NCBI GenBank assembly: GCA_016874555.1 | Contig: VGTW01000002.1 | Coordinates: 909 to 64,908, forward strand | Source of the DNA: Gammaproteobacteria bacterium | GTDB lineage: Bacteria > Pseudomonadota > Gammaproteobacteria > Steroidobacterales > Steroidobacteraceae | Length of the DNA stretch: 64,000 nt | Direction: 5' to 3' | Shown here: in pieces, positions 8,033-17,808 of the stretch | Layout of the letters: each line of letters starts with the position of its first letter | Position numbering within the stretch: the first letter of the stretch is position 1 | The notes under the pieces: generated by a model | Databases searched by the model: none | What the model was told of the DNA's origin: nothing | The model's input: only the letters and a program-made list of their open reading frames with translations | Made by a program: the position numbers and the translations under genes

Positions 8033-11000
8033 TCAGTTCTTCTCGACCGTGTAGACAATTTCTGCACTCGATTCTTTCCCGGTCTCGGTACGTAAGGTCC
8101 AGCGATCATTGATACTATAGCGCAACTTCAAAGTATTGATCGCCTCTGCGAGCGAGACACCATAGCTCGCATAGAGTCGGCTCGACAGATATTTACCAAA
8201 CACCAGTGAGGTTTCGTTGGCAAGATTCTGCTCAATGCCGACGTCCTCGATACCGATACGCTGACCGAGCTGCTGCGCGAGAATCGCGCCACCTTGCGCG
8301 AGAATTGCATCGCGGCCGCTGCTCGCAATGTTACTGCTCTGTGCGGTTTCCAGGGTTCCACCCGCCAAAATGAGCGATACCACCTGCGATTGTGGCAGTG
8401 AAGGCTCCGAGAAAAAGGTCATCCGTGGTTCGCGCAAGGTACCGCGGACATTGACACCGGCCTTCACATCCGGAAATTCCTTGGTCGCACGCAGATCCAC
8501 GCCTGGATCGCCGAGTAGACCGCCCGAAAAGATCAATCGACCACGCTCGATATCCAGGCGTCTGCCGAGTGCTGCATACTTACCCTCAGCAATTCCGAGC
8601 TCGCCTGAGCCGCGGCTGACGCCGTCGGCGGAGGTGATGACATTGAGCGCTCCGGCGAGCCGTCCCGAAAGTCCGAAGGAGTCGAGATTCACGCGATCCC
8701 CGAGCGTCAAGCGCAGATTGCTCGATACGCGAAAAGACGACTGTGGATCGCGAGGCTTGGCGCTTACGAGTGTTTCGTCCGCTGACGTCAGTGTCGCGCT
8801 AGTCAGGTCGGCAGGCGCGATTCTGGCCTCGGGAATATTCACCGTACCGGTTGCCGCCAGATCGCGACCAGCCACTTTAAAGCGCAGGTCGGGCGAAGCG
8901 GTGATACGAGCCTCGGGCACATCGATCATCAATAAATTCTCGCCGCGGAGTTGCAGTTGGCCGTAAGGCTGGCCACCGCGCCAGGCGAGCTCGGCGTTCG
9001 CGTCGATGCGTCCTTTACCGGCGCGCGCCGAGGACTCGAGCACGAAACCGTTTTCGAGCAAACGCGCCTCGGCGCGAATATCGCGCAATGCGAGATTGAG
9101 CTGATAAAAATCGAGCTCACCGCTCTCGAGGCGCAGCACCCCATTGACGAGCGGCGTACCCAAGGTACCGCCCACGATCAAATCAAGTGACAGCTCGCCT
9201 GCCGAGCGATCGATTTCCGGCACATAGAGGTAAAGCAGAGCGAGCGCGGTGGAGTCGACGCGCAGGGTCGCCGTCAACGGCATGTCTTGCCAGCGCTCGC
9301 CGTACGCCGCGCCGCCCGCTGCGGCGCGAGTCGCGCGCAGTTCACCGCGCGCTCGGCCACGCTCATCGGCTGCGACTTCAAGCTTACCGTCTATTCCGGC
9401 ATCGTTCGATTCGAGTAGCAAAGATCCAGAACCTAGCGGTATCAGATCGCGTTTGTTGCCCGCGCGCTGCCGGAGCAGGACCGCGTCAGCGAAATCGGCA
9501 CGCACGCTACCGCGTGCGATGCCATTGTTCATTGCACGCAGATTGATCCTGGCATTCAGCGAGCCTTGATACTCAGCTCGCGCAGCAGGTCGCGGCAGCA
9601 AGCTTGCGATGGGCAGTTTGGAGACGGCCGCCTCGAGCTTCCAGTCGTCGTCTTCCCAAGTACCCGATCCGCAGATAGTCGTAAGTGCCGTCAACAGGGA
9701 ATCTTTGGTGCCGCGCAGGCAGAACGAGTCCAGGCGCATCGATTGAGTCGTCAGGCGCATGCCGAGGGGTTGTTCCAGCGACATTCCGAAGTTATCGTCG
9801 AAGCGCAGCGCTAATTCCGACCAACGCTGCTGCCAGCCCTCGGAAGTAAAACTTGCTGTACCGCGCATCACAGCGGACAAATCTTTGCCCGAGATATTGA
9901 CCGCGAGCGTATGTGATCCGCTGTGGCCGGCGATATCGAGTACCACGCGGTCTGCCTGACGGCCGACGGCATGGACGTCCTCGGCCTCGACATGGGCTCG
10001 TGCCGTAGCATTGGCGCCGCCGCTCGGGTCAAGATCGATGTCTGCGACGAGGCGGCCGATGTCGACACCGCCGAGCGCGAGTTCGCTGCCCCGCGCTTCG
10101 AGGCGAACTAGCATCGCCGTCGGGGTGCCGCGCAGCTTTCCGGTCGCGCTCAGGCGACCCTTGCCGCCTTCGGCAAGTACGCCGAGATCCTGCGCATCGA
10201 TTTTGAAATCGAAGTCGTTACGTTGAGGCGAGAGGCTACCGTCGAGAGCAAGACGCAGGCCGCCTGCCGAGACATCGACTTTGCGCAGTTGTAACTTGTC
10301 GCCGGCAATGGTCAGTCGACCCGAGCCGCGGGCGGCTGTACCACGCAGGCGTCCGTTCACGCGCTGCACTTCGACATCGATAACCCCGCGCGCATCGAAG
10401 CCCTTTCCTCGGGCATCGAGTTGGAAATCTATTTTTCCGGGCAAGCCCGCGCGCCATTGCGCAGGATCGATGCCACGGACGGCGCCATTGAGTTGCCAGC
10501 GTTCCGCTGGACGCCAAGCGAACTCACCTTTGAGGTCGGCGACTCCGCCGAGAGTGCGAGCGAGAACACGCGAGATCGCGAATTTGCCGGGGATCAGTGT
10601 ACCCGTGATCTCGGCATCGAGCAGCGGCAGGGCGGCGATCTTCGCCGGGCCGCGTGCCGTGACCGCGTACGAGCCAAGACCCTCGAAGCTAAAGTCGCCG
10701 TGATCACTGGCGATCGATGGCGTGATGTCATTTAACGGCCAACGGAATTTTTGCCAGCGACCTTGCAGCTCGAGATCGGGACCTGCATCGGTAAAAGTAA
10801 TAGTGCCTGCGGCATCGACTTCGGTTCCGGAACCTGGATGACTGAGCCCAATTTTTTTCGCCTTGATCACGCCCAGCGAGTAGCGACCATCGAGGTCGAC
10901 ATCCAGCGGACCCGCTGCAAGGCCCGGTGGGAGCAGACGACCTTTGGCGCGATAGCCATTGCGATCGATCGTCAGGGCGAGCTCACCAAAGATCAGCCCG

Positions 11001-11812
11001 AGCGCCGCTGCGCCACCGAATTCCTGCAGATCGACATTACTGACTTTGGCTTTGGCCCGCACGCCCCACGGCGACAGCAATCGCATCTTCCCTTCGTCGA
11101 TATTTACGTCGAAGGGTTCGCGCAGTGTCGCATCGAAGCGCGCCTCTTCGAGATCGCCGTCGAACTCCGCTTTCGCGAGCCAGGTTGGGCCGCGCTTTGG
11201 CTGAAAGCGCGCAGTTGCTCGACCCTCGAGCCCGAGTGGCAGCGCTGCACTCAGCACGCCATCGGCCTGTAGCTGCAGGTTTCCAAGGTGAGTGGACAGC
11301 GTACGAATCGAGATGGTCGAACTGCGCAGCAGACCGTCGAGGTTAGTGTCGCGAAGCTCCACGGCGTTACCGGTGAGTGGGTGAATCATAATCAATGGTA
11401 ACGACACCGCTCGCGCCTCTACGGTGAGTAGTTGTGGCAGAAAGCGCGGCGGCTTGGTCGGCGGCGGACGATCGCGGGGCTGCTGGTCGATCTCGATGCG
11501 ACCAACGCGAAATTCGCGCATCTCGACTGCTTGCCAAAGCAGGGGCAACAGGTCGATCCGCATGCGGATGTCGCGCAGACGGATGTGAGCGATATCATGC
11601 TCGATATCGATCGCACCGATCTGCATGCCGTCTGCGAGGCTGCCATGCACGTCGCGGATCGCGAAGCGCTCGATGGTGCCGAACCGAGGCGGAATCTTCG
11701 CTACAGTAAAACGCAGTACGGATTCGGAGTGCCCGAGCAGCCAGAGTGCGACCAGGGGCAGCACGAGCAGTAATAGCACAGCGCCAACAATGAGGGTTGT
11801 ACGACGCCGCAT
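8033..11812 (-). CDS. tamB: translocation and assembly module subunit TamB
   Basis: 1259 aa. N-terminal membrane anchor RRTTLIVGAVLLLLVLPLVALWLL, long beta-rich body, DUF490-type C-terminus. It lies 4 nt downstream of tamA. Confidence 0.85.
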   Translation of the reverse strand: MRRRTTLIVGAVLLLLVLPLVALWLLGHSESVLRFTVAKIPPRFGTIERFAIRDVHGSLADGMQIGAIDIEHDIAHIRLRDIRMRIDLLPLLWQAVEMREFRVGRIEIDQQPRDRPPPTKPPRFLPQLLTVEARAVSLPLIMIHPLTGNAVELRDTNLDGLLRSSTISIRTLSTHLGNLQLQADGVLSAALPLGLEGRATARFQPKRGPTWLAKAEFDGDLEEARFDATLREPFDVNIDEGKMRLLSPWGVRAKAKVSNVDLQEFGGAAALGLIFGELALTIDRNGYRAKGRLLPPGLAAGPLDVDLDGRYSLGVIKAKKIGLSHPGSGTEVDAAGTITFTDAGPDLELQGRWQKFRWPLNDITPSIASDHGDFSFEGLGSYAVTARGPAKIAALPLLDAEITGTLIPGKFAISRVLARTLGGVADLKGEFAWRPAERWQLNGAVRGIDPAQWRAGLPGKIDFQLDARGKGFDARGVIDVEVQRVNGRLRGTAARGSGRLTIAGDKLQLRKVDVSAGGLRLALDGSLSPQRNDFDFKIDAQDLGVLAEGGKGRLSATGKLRGTPTAMLVRLEARGSELALGGVDIGRLVADIDLDPSGGANATARAHVEAEDVHAVGRQADRVVLDIAGHSGSHTLAVNISGKDLSAVMRGTASFTSEGWQQRWSELALRFDDNFGMSLEQPLGMRLTTQSMRLDSFCLRGTKDSLLTALTTICGSGTWEDDDWKLEAAVSKLPIASLLPRPAARAEYQGSLNARINLRAMNNGIARGSVRADFADAVLLRQRAGNKRDLIPLGSGSLLLESNDAGIDGKLEVAADERGRARGELRATRAAAGGAAYGERWQDMPLTATLRVDSTALALLYLYVPEIDRSAGELSLDLIVGGTLGTPLVNGVLRLESGELDFYQLNLALRDIRAEARLLENGFVLESSARAGKGRIDANAELAWRGGQPYGQLQLRGENLLMIDVPEARITASPDLRFKVAGRDLAATGTVNIPEARIAPADLTSATLTSADETLVSAKPRDPQSSFRVSSNLRLTLGDRVNLDSFGLSGRLAGALNVITSADGVSRGSGELGIAEGKYAALGRRLDIERGRLIFSGGLLGDPGVDLRATKEFPDVKAGVNVRGTLREPRMTFFSEPSLPQSQVVSLILAGGTLETAQSSNIASSGRDAILAQGGAILAQQLGQRIGIEDVGIEQNLANETSLVFGKYLSSRLYASYGVSLAEAINTLKLRYSINDRWTLRTETGKESSAEIVYTVEKN

Positions 11813-11816
11813 AAGA

Positions 11817-13631
11817 TCAGAGCTTCGGTGAGAAGTTCAGGTGGAGCCGTGGGCCCGGCAGGCGATCAAAGTTTTTGTCGAGTGCGCACCGCGGATCGGG
11901 AGTGACGCTGCGACAGACTGGATTGGTCAGTGGCTGTGCGAGATCGATGCCGAGAGTCACGATTGGCAGCCGCAGTCGCAGACCGATGCCTGCCGAGTAT
12001 TGTACGGGATCACCAAAATCGTCGAAGGCGTTACCGGTATCGACAAATGCCGCGATTCCGAGATTACGCGGCAGGTCGCGGATGACCTCGGCGGTTGCCG
12101 TAAATAAGTGTCGCCCGCCCACCTTCGCGCTACCGGCCTCGATCGGTGACAAATCATTGAAGCCGAAGCCGCGCACACTGCGATCACCGCCGGCAAAGAA
12201 ACGCTCGGTACCCGGCAGGGCGGCAGTATTTGAGACCAGTGTGGCGCCTAACTGGCCACGTATGAACAAATGCCAGCGCGGACCGAGATCGAATACCCGC
12301 TCGGCTTCCAGCCGGAGCTGAAAATAACTTTCTTCGGCACCGAGCGCCGTGGCCGAGCCGCGTAACTCGGCGTAAAGCGCACGCGAAAACAACGCTTCAC
12401 CGAGATAGCCACGCGGTACCGACGAATAACTGATACCCGGAATCACCAGCGTCGTGGCGTCTTCGAAACTCGGTTGGTTGAGCGCCTCGCGCGTGATGGT
12501 GCGCACACGACTCAAGGACGCGAACATTACGCGCTGCCACTTGCCGTCGACCTGAGTAATCGACGGCTGAAAGCGCGTGGTGCGCGTATCGAGGTCGCCA
12601 AGTTCGTCGCGTGCATAACGAAACTCGAAGCCCAACCTTTCCAGGGCCGGATCACCGATCGGTAGGATGTATCGGGCCTCGACCGATTGTTCGATCTGCG
12701 CTGCCTTAACTTCGGCGCGTAGCCGATGACCGCGGTCATTGAGGCGGCGATTTTCCCAAGTCAGCGTACCGCGTACCTTACTGTCGGTGGCATAGCCAAC
12801 ACCCGTCGAGTACCGGTTACGCCGATTGGGTTCGGTACGGATGCTGATGGGAATGCTACGTAAGGCGTGATCTGGGTCACCCGCAAGTACTTCGACCGTC
12901 GAAAAATATTGACTGTCATCGAGTGCGAATTGCGTGCGCAGCAGTTGTTGCGCATCGAAGGGCGCAGACTCTTGGTAACGCAGGAAGCGACGCAGCAAGT
13001 CCTCGTCCAGCGAGCGCTGCTCGATAGTCGTCTTACCGAAGGTGTATCGGTCGCCGGTTTGCATGGCGAGTCTAACGGATGCCGAGCGCTTCGTCGGATC
13101 GATTAATAATTCGCTGACCTTGAGCTGCGCATCGACATAACCGAGCGTTGAAGCGGCACGTTGCAGATTATCTTTGACGGTATCGTAGGCGACATGCTGT
13201 AACCGATCGCCTCGGCGCAGCGTCGAGCTCGCGAGGATCTCTCTGAATACGGGATCTTCCTTGCCAGCACCGCTCACTTCGAGCTCGACGCCATCGAGTA
13301 TCACCGGCTGGCCTGGTTCGATGCGGATGCGCGCTCTCCACCGATTCTCACTGACTTTCTCGATCGATGAGGTGACGGTCGCCTCGTAGTAACCAAAGGG
13401 TCGCAGCGCATTCGCAGCCTCACGTTCGGCCCGCTCCTGCAGACGCTCCACGAGAGCCTGATCGAGATCATCGCGGTTGCGGTATCGTTCGAGACTCAAA
13501 AAATTGAGTACGTTTCGCCGCAGTGCACCGTCGACGCCGCTAATCTCTATGTCGATATTGGCGCGCGCCCGCGCACCGATGACGAGGACGCCGACCAGAC
13601 AGAGCAGCCACCAAGACTTCTTGCGGTTCAT
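11817..13631 (-). CDS. tamA: outer-membrane Omp85-family protein TamA
   Basis: 604 aa. Signal peptide, POTRA-like repeats, C-terminal beta-barrel with GGDRSVRGF and a terminal aromatic-rich strand. Paired with tamB. Confidence 0.85.
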   Translation of the reverse strand: MNRKKSWWLLCLVGVLVIGARARANIDIEISGVDGALRRNVLNFLSLERYRNRDDLDQALVERLQERAEREAANALRPFGYYEATVTSSIEKVSENRWRARIRIEPGQPVILDGVELEVSGAGKEDPVFREILASSTLRRGDRLQHVAYDTVKDNLQRAASTLGYVDAQLKVSELLIDPTKRSASVRLAMQTGDRYTFGKTTIEQRSLDEDLLRRFLRYQESAPFDAQQLLRTQFALDDSQYFSTVEVLAGDPDHALRSIPISIRTEPNRRNRYSTGVGYATDSKVRGTLTWENRRLNDRGHRLRAEVKAAQIEQSVEARYILPIGDPALERLGFEFRYARDELGDLDTRTTRFQPSITQVDGKWQRVMFASLSRVRTITREALNQPSFEDATTLVIPGISYSSVPRGYLGEALFSRALYAELRGSATALGAEESYFQLRLEAERVFDLGPRWHLFIRGQLGATLVSNTAALPGTERFFAGGDRSVRGFGFNDLSPIEAGSAKVGGRHLFTATAEVIRDLPRNLGIAAFVDTGNAFDDFGDPVQYSAGIGLRLRLPIVTLGIDLAQPLTNPVCRSVTPDPRCALDKNFDRLPGPRLHLNFSPKL

Positions 13632-13679
13632 GCGGAGCGGATTTTCCTGGACGCTGGATAACCGCTCGATTCTACCCGC

Positions 13680-14468
13680 TCACACCCATTCGTCGGCGCG
13701 AAGGAGCCAGTTCGCCGCCGCCGTCGGTTGACCCGCCATATCGAAACTGCGCTCCTCGATATCCACGGCACCGTCGTGGCCTAGTAGCAGCATGGTGGAA
13801 CAGCGCGTCCCCTAATCACCGTGCTGTACGACGCCGGCCGACGGCTGCAGTCCCCCCTTCGCACTGAGATCCGTTTACGGCAGATCGATCGGTCGCGAGC
13901 ACTCACGGTCGGCAAGCGCCGCCCGCAGCGGCGTCGGATCGGGCGTTTGGGTCGGGCTCGGCGCTGCCGCCAGCCAGCTCTCGAGCGCGGCGTGAAGTTG
14001 GCGAACTTTTGGCCAAGGTGTGCCGAGCACATGGTTCTCAGCGTATGCACGCCGGGTTCCAGTCGCCGTTCAAAAGGCTCGACGCGGTTGGTCGCGTACC
14101 AGAGATGTGGCGCGTCGACGAGCCGCAGGTTGAAACCTACGTAGCCCAACGAATCACCGGCCAGTTACTCGAGGTGTCCAGCGGGCTCCTGTTACATCCC
14201 CGGAAAATCGCTGACCAGTCCCGAGGGTCGGTGCGTTGCGACGTGGTCGAGCGAGTTCACGGTAGTTGGTGACCAGCCCCATGCGGCGGTTGCGGTCGAT
14301 GCTGCACCAGGTGCCACCGGCCTGCAAATCACCGCTGGCGAGGATTACGCTGCGTTCCGCCCAAGGTCCGAGCGACGCATTCCCGCGGGCACGAAATTCA
14401 TCGCGATTGGCGATCACGATCGCGCGGTACCGCAGGTACACGTTCAAGGCAATGGCGGCGAGGCACGT
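13680..14468 (-). pseudogene. NRDE (TANGO2-like) family gene, multiply disrupted
   Basis: Family motifs are readable only by hopping frames: (T)CLAAIAL..IVIANRDEF, GGTW, LVTNYRE, GLVSDF, YVGFNL, PGVHTL/ENHVLGTPWPK, (stop)GTRCSTMLL..DIEERSF. The start position reads ACG. There are at least 2 frameshifts, plus an in-frame TAA and an in-frame TAG. Confidence 0.75.
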
Positions 14469-14537
14469 TATTATTGACGTCCCTGTAGCGTTGCATCGCG
14501 TACGGCAGCCTGTGGGAACGCCGTGAGCCGCGGTTAC

Positions 14538-15524
14538 TCAGCGGTTTACGGCGCCGCTCCCACTGTGCGTCACGACGCTACACAACGGCGTGGGCCAATC
14601 CGCATCGAACCAGTTTTCGATCAGCCGATACGAGATTGATGTGGAGGGCGGCAGAATAACAGCACCTGCTGCAATCTCGTCTCGCGTGAACCAACGCGCA
14701 TCTTCGAGTTCGCTGCTGCCGCTTACGACCGAGTCCGGCGTGGCACTCGCCATGAAGCCGAGCATCAAAGAAGAAGGGAAGGGCCATGGCTGCGAGGAGT
14801 GATAGTCGCTGACAGTAATGCTCACGCCGGTTTCTTCGAGTACCTCGCGGGCGACGGCATCTTCGAGACTTTCGCCAGGTTCGACGAAGCCGGCGATTGT
14901 GGAATAACGATTCTTTGGCCAACTCGCCTGACGTCCGAGCAGTGCGCGTTCGCCATCACTGACCAGCACGATGATCGCCGGATCGATGCGTGGGAAAAAC
15001 TCAGCGGCACATACAGAGCTACGACATTGCATCACGTGGCCGGCACGAAGCGGCCGTGTCGGTGTGCCGCAGACACCGCAGTGCCGATGTCGCTGCTGCC
15101 AGTAACTTAGCGCACGCGCATAGGCGAGCAGACCGGCTTCTTCGCCGTCTAGGGAAGGAGCCAGCGGCCGTAATTCTTCGAAGCGAATACGAGCGGCGTC
15201 GGTGTCGGCATCGTCGCCTAGCTGCACCATGACGCAGCGCCGTTCGCGAAACCAACCAAGCAGTACCAGTGATTCGTCGGGGGTAGTTCGTGCAAGGCTG
15301 TGTTGATGATCGACGAAGGCCGCCATCGGGGGATCGCCCGAAACGCCGAGTGCAGTGCCACGAATCGGCAGGAACAAAGTCCCAGCATCAGCGCGGGCGG
15401 CTTGCAACCAGTCGGGATCCTCGCGCAACTCGACGCGACGATCCAAATAGGGACCGGCGAGGAAATTGGTGGCAGATCGTTCGGAGGATGACGGCATTGG
15501 CGCTGGCCCGTGACCGCGCGGCAA
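14538..15524 (-). CDS. nudC: NAD+ diphosphatase (NADH pyrophosphatase) NudC
   Basis: 328 aa. Zinc ribbon HCGVCGTPTRPLRAGHVMQCRSSVC followed by Nudix box GFVEPGESLEDAVAREVLEETG. The start could be an internal Met. Confidence 0.85.
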   Translation of the reverse strand: MPRGHGPAPMPSSSERSATNFLAGPYLDRRVELREDPDWLQAARADAGTLFLPIRGTALGVSGDPPMAAFVDHQHSLARTTPDESLVLLGWFRERRCVMVQLGDDADTDAARIRFEELRPLAPSLDGEEAGLLAYARALSYWQQRHRHCGVCGTPTRPLRAGHVMQCRSSVCAAEFFPRIDPAIIVLVSDGERALLGRQASWPKNRYSTIAGFVEPGESLEDAVAREVLEETGVSITVSDYHSSQPWPFPSSLMLGFMASATPDSVVSGSSELEDARWFTRDEIAAGAVILPPSTSISYRLIENWFDADWPTPLCSVVTHSGSGAVNR

Positions 15525-15718
15525 CGGTTGCGACCACCCGGACAGGGGGAGTCGCCGTTGTCAGACTTTTGCGGCCGTCGGCAGTTTAGCAGCGTCGGCC
15601 GCTGACTCGGTCGTTGCTCGCGGGCTGCGACCGGGTACCGGATTTTTGGGTTTGTCGGGAATAGCCGCCTCGCACACCCGGCTGAGCGGCTCACGCAGCT
15701 TAATCGCCTAGACGATGC

Positions 15719-16194
15719 TCAAGGCCTCGCAGGCAGGGCAGAACTTAGGCGGATCTCCTTGCCGGCAATCAGCGCCTTAGCGAGAAATGCCGCGTGCTCG
15801 AAGTCGATGCGGGTTTGTGGCACGACGCGTCGATAAGCCTCGTGGCTGTTGCAGAGCACGGGCCCGCGCGAAATGGTAGAAATTTTGCGGGTGGCAGCTG
15901 GATTCGGTTGGTCGGCCACGACGCCAAACAGCAACAAGATGGAGGTGAGCGTGTGGGACTCGGCACCGACGACGCCTGGCCGCAGAAAGTAATTGATCTG
16001 CGCGGCGGGGTACCACGATGCCGTCGCAGGCCGGCACCCGGCTTGATGTACGAGCGAAACGGCTTGCGGACGCGGTCGTCGCTGAGCCCTATCCAATAGC
16101 GGATGGATTGGGTGCGTGCTTCATGCTGCGATAGGCGCAGGGAAATTTCGAGGCGCAAGCGGTCACGCTGGTAGCGGTCGTCGTTCAGGTGCAT
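15719..16194 (-). pseudogene. FlhC-like transcriptional activator gene, frameshifted
   Basis: The N-terminal frame gives RDRLRLEISLRL..ARTQSIRYWIGLSDDRVRK..RRHRGTPP. After a 1-nt shift near 16000 a second frame continues QINYFLRPGVVGAESHTLTSILL ... IDFEHAAFLAKALIAGKEI. This parallels E. coli FlhC (remembered). A third frame gives KFCPACEA, followed by an in-frame TAG (15708-15710), and may extend to 15561. Confidence 0.45.
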
Positions 16195-16421
16195 GGCCTC
16201 GTCTCCTGCGAGGTATCAAAAAAACTGCTATTTCGAGGGGGAAAATATCCCAAAAAAAAGCTGCGTTCCAAGCCGTCATAGGGGACTATTTCCGTGGACC
16301 AAAACGGAGGAATTCATAGTTAACAAAAAAACCCTCGAATCCCGAGACCGCTGCCCTTGTCACCACCGAAACCGACTTCTCGCGTAGCGTCGACCGCGAG
16401 ATCATTCGACAAGTCGGTGGC

Positions 16422-16841
16422 ATGAACCTGCGTGGTCTGCGCATCCTTTACGACACCCTCGCGGCATCGCGGGTCGTTTTGCTGCAAGCCGCCGCAGCGC
16501 TCAAGTCGGAATGGCTCGCCATCGAGGAGGCCGCGCTCGCTTCGGTCGTCGACGGTCCCTACCCGCTCTTCAACCTGTCGACTGATACCGCCTTCGCGTT
16601 GTGGCGGCGCGCTCAGGCGGACGTTACCCTGGCGCGCCTGCCTCCCGGTCTTTGCGAGGGACACGCTGGTCAGGGGTTCGCGCGGATCGTTTGCTATTTC
16701 GCTTGGCAGACGGCGCATTCGCGTCCCGCGGCGGTCTCGCTGCCGCTCGGATTGTCACTCGCCGGTTGCGAAGCCTTGCGCGCCCTCGAGCTGCCGCAGA
16801 TCGACGAACTCGCCGAAACCGCCGAATCGCGCAGCCGTTGA
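16422..16841 (+). CDS. hypothetical protein with FlhD-like C-terminal segment (tentative)
   Basis: 139 aa with high GC3 in frame. The frame is open from 16320 but has no start codon before 16422. The C-terminus LGLSLAGCEALRALELPQIDELAETAE resembles E. coli FlhD [27 protein letters not shown] (remembered). Confidence 0.4.
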   Translation: MNLRGLRILYDTLAASRVVLLQAAAALKSEWLAIEEAALASVVDGPYPLFNLSTDTAFALWRRAQADVTLARLPPGLCEGHAGQGFARIVCYFAWQTAHSRPAAVSLPLGLSLAGCEALRALELPQIDELAETAESRSR

Positions 16842-16884
16842 CCGCCGCTTCGCAGTTATCCGCCGTGCTATCTTCTTCGACCTG

Positions 16885-17808
16885 ATGGAAGCACTCGCGG
16901 TCCGCGGTCTCGTCAAGCGATACCGCAATGGTGTCGAAGCCCTCAGGGGCATCGATCTGAGCGTCGCCGAAGGCGACTTTTTCGCTCTGCTCGGTCCGAA
17001 CGGAGCAGGCAAGAGCACGATGATCGGTATCTGTACTTCGCTGGTAACCAAAACAGCAGGCAGCGTGCGGGTGTTTGGTCACGATCTCGACACCGATCTC
17101 GAAGCCGCCAAGGCCTGCATTGGTGTGGTGCCGCAAGAACTCAACCTCAATCAGTTCGAAACGCCTGAGACCATCGTCATTAATCAGGCGGGTTTTTACG
17201 GGATCCCGCGGCGTCTCGCACGCGAGCGCGCAGAAAAATACCTAACCAAACTCTCGCTCTGGGACAAGCGCAACAACATGGCGCGTACCTTGTCCGGAGG
17301 TATGAAGCGGCGACTCATGATTGCTCGGGCACTGGTGCACGAACCGCGATTGCTCATCCTCGATGAGCCCAGCGCGGGTGTGGACATCGAAATCCGTCGC
17401 TCGATGTGGGATTTCTTGCGCGAGCTCAACGCGGCAGGCACCACAATCATCTTGACGACGCACTATCTCGAAGAAGCCGAGACGCTCTGTCGTGACATCG
17501 CCATCATCGACCGCGGGCGTATTGCCGAGGCCGATCGCATGGATCGCTTGCTGCTGACACTGCAGGCTGAGTCCTTCGTGCTGAGCCTGCGCGATCCGGT
17601 GGCCAGCGTGCCCAAAGTCGCGGGCTACGACATCCGGCTCGTTGATCCGCAGAGGCTCGAAATCGAGGTCAGAAAAGACCGTGATCTCAACGATCTTTTC
17701 ACCCGGCTTTCAGCCGATGGTGTGCACGTGGTCACCATGCGTAACAAAGTCAATCGGCTCGAAGAAATCTTCATGCGTCTGGTAGACAAATCGGGGGCTG
17801 CGGCATGA
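16885..17808 (+). CDS. ABC-2 type transporter ATP-binding protein (YadG-like)
   Basis: Internal ATG at 16885 gives MEALAVRGLVKRYRNG. Walker A GPNGAGKST, signature LSGGMKRRL, Walker B LLILDEP. The upstream 151 codons of the long ORF are Arg/Ser/Pro-rich and non-protein-like. Confidence 0.9.
   Translation: MEALAVRGLVKRYRNGVEALRGIDLSVAEGDFFALLGPNGAGKSTMIGICTSLVTKTAGSVRVFGHDLDTDLEAAKACIGVVPQELNLNQFETPETIVINQAGFYGIPRRLARERAEKYLTKLSLWDKRNNMARTLSGGMKRRLMIARALVHEPRLLILDEPSAGVDIEIRRSMWDFLRELNAAGTTIILTTHYLEEAETLCRDIAIIDRGRIAEADRMDRLLLTLQAESFVLSLRDPVASVPKVAGYDIRLVDPQRLEIEVRKDRDLNDLFTRLSADGVHVVTMRNKVNRLEEIFMRLVDKSGAAA

Noticed and set aside
8328-11272. Multiple 70-210-aa plus-strand ORFs (e.g. 8328-8966, 10751-11272)
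   Set aside because: All lie antisense within the 1259-aa tamB gene. They are Arg/Ser/Pro-rich and low-complexity.
13781-14447. ORFs 13781-14149 and 14154-14447 (minus strand) and 13821-14144 (plus strand) as separate small genes
   Set aside because: The two minus-strand ORFs are fragments of a single disrupted NRDE-family gene. The plus-strand ORF is its antisense shadow.
16432-16884. 151-codon N-terminal extension of the ABC ATPase ORF
   Set aside because: The extension is Arg/Ser/Pro/Cys-rich and overlaps the better-looking 16422-16841 ORF in another frame. A canonical ABC start (MEALAVRGL..) begins at 16885.
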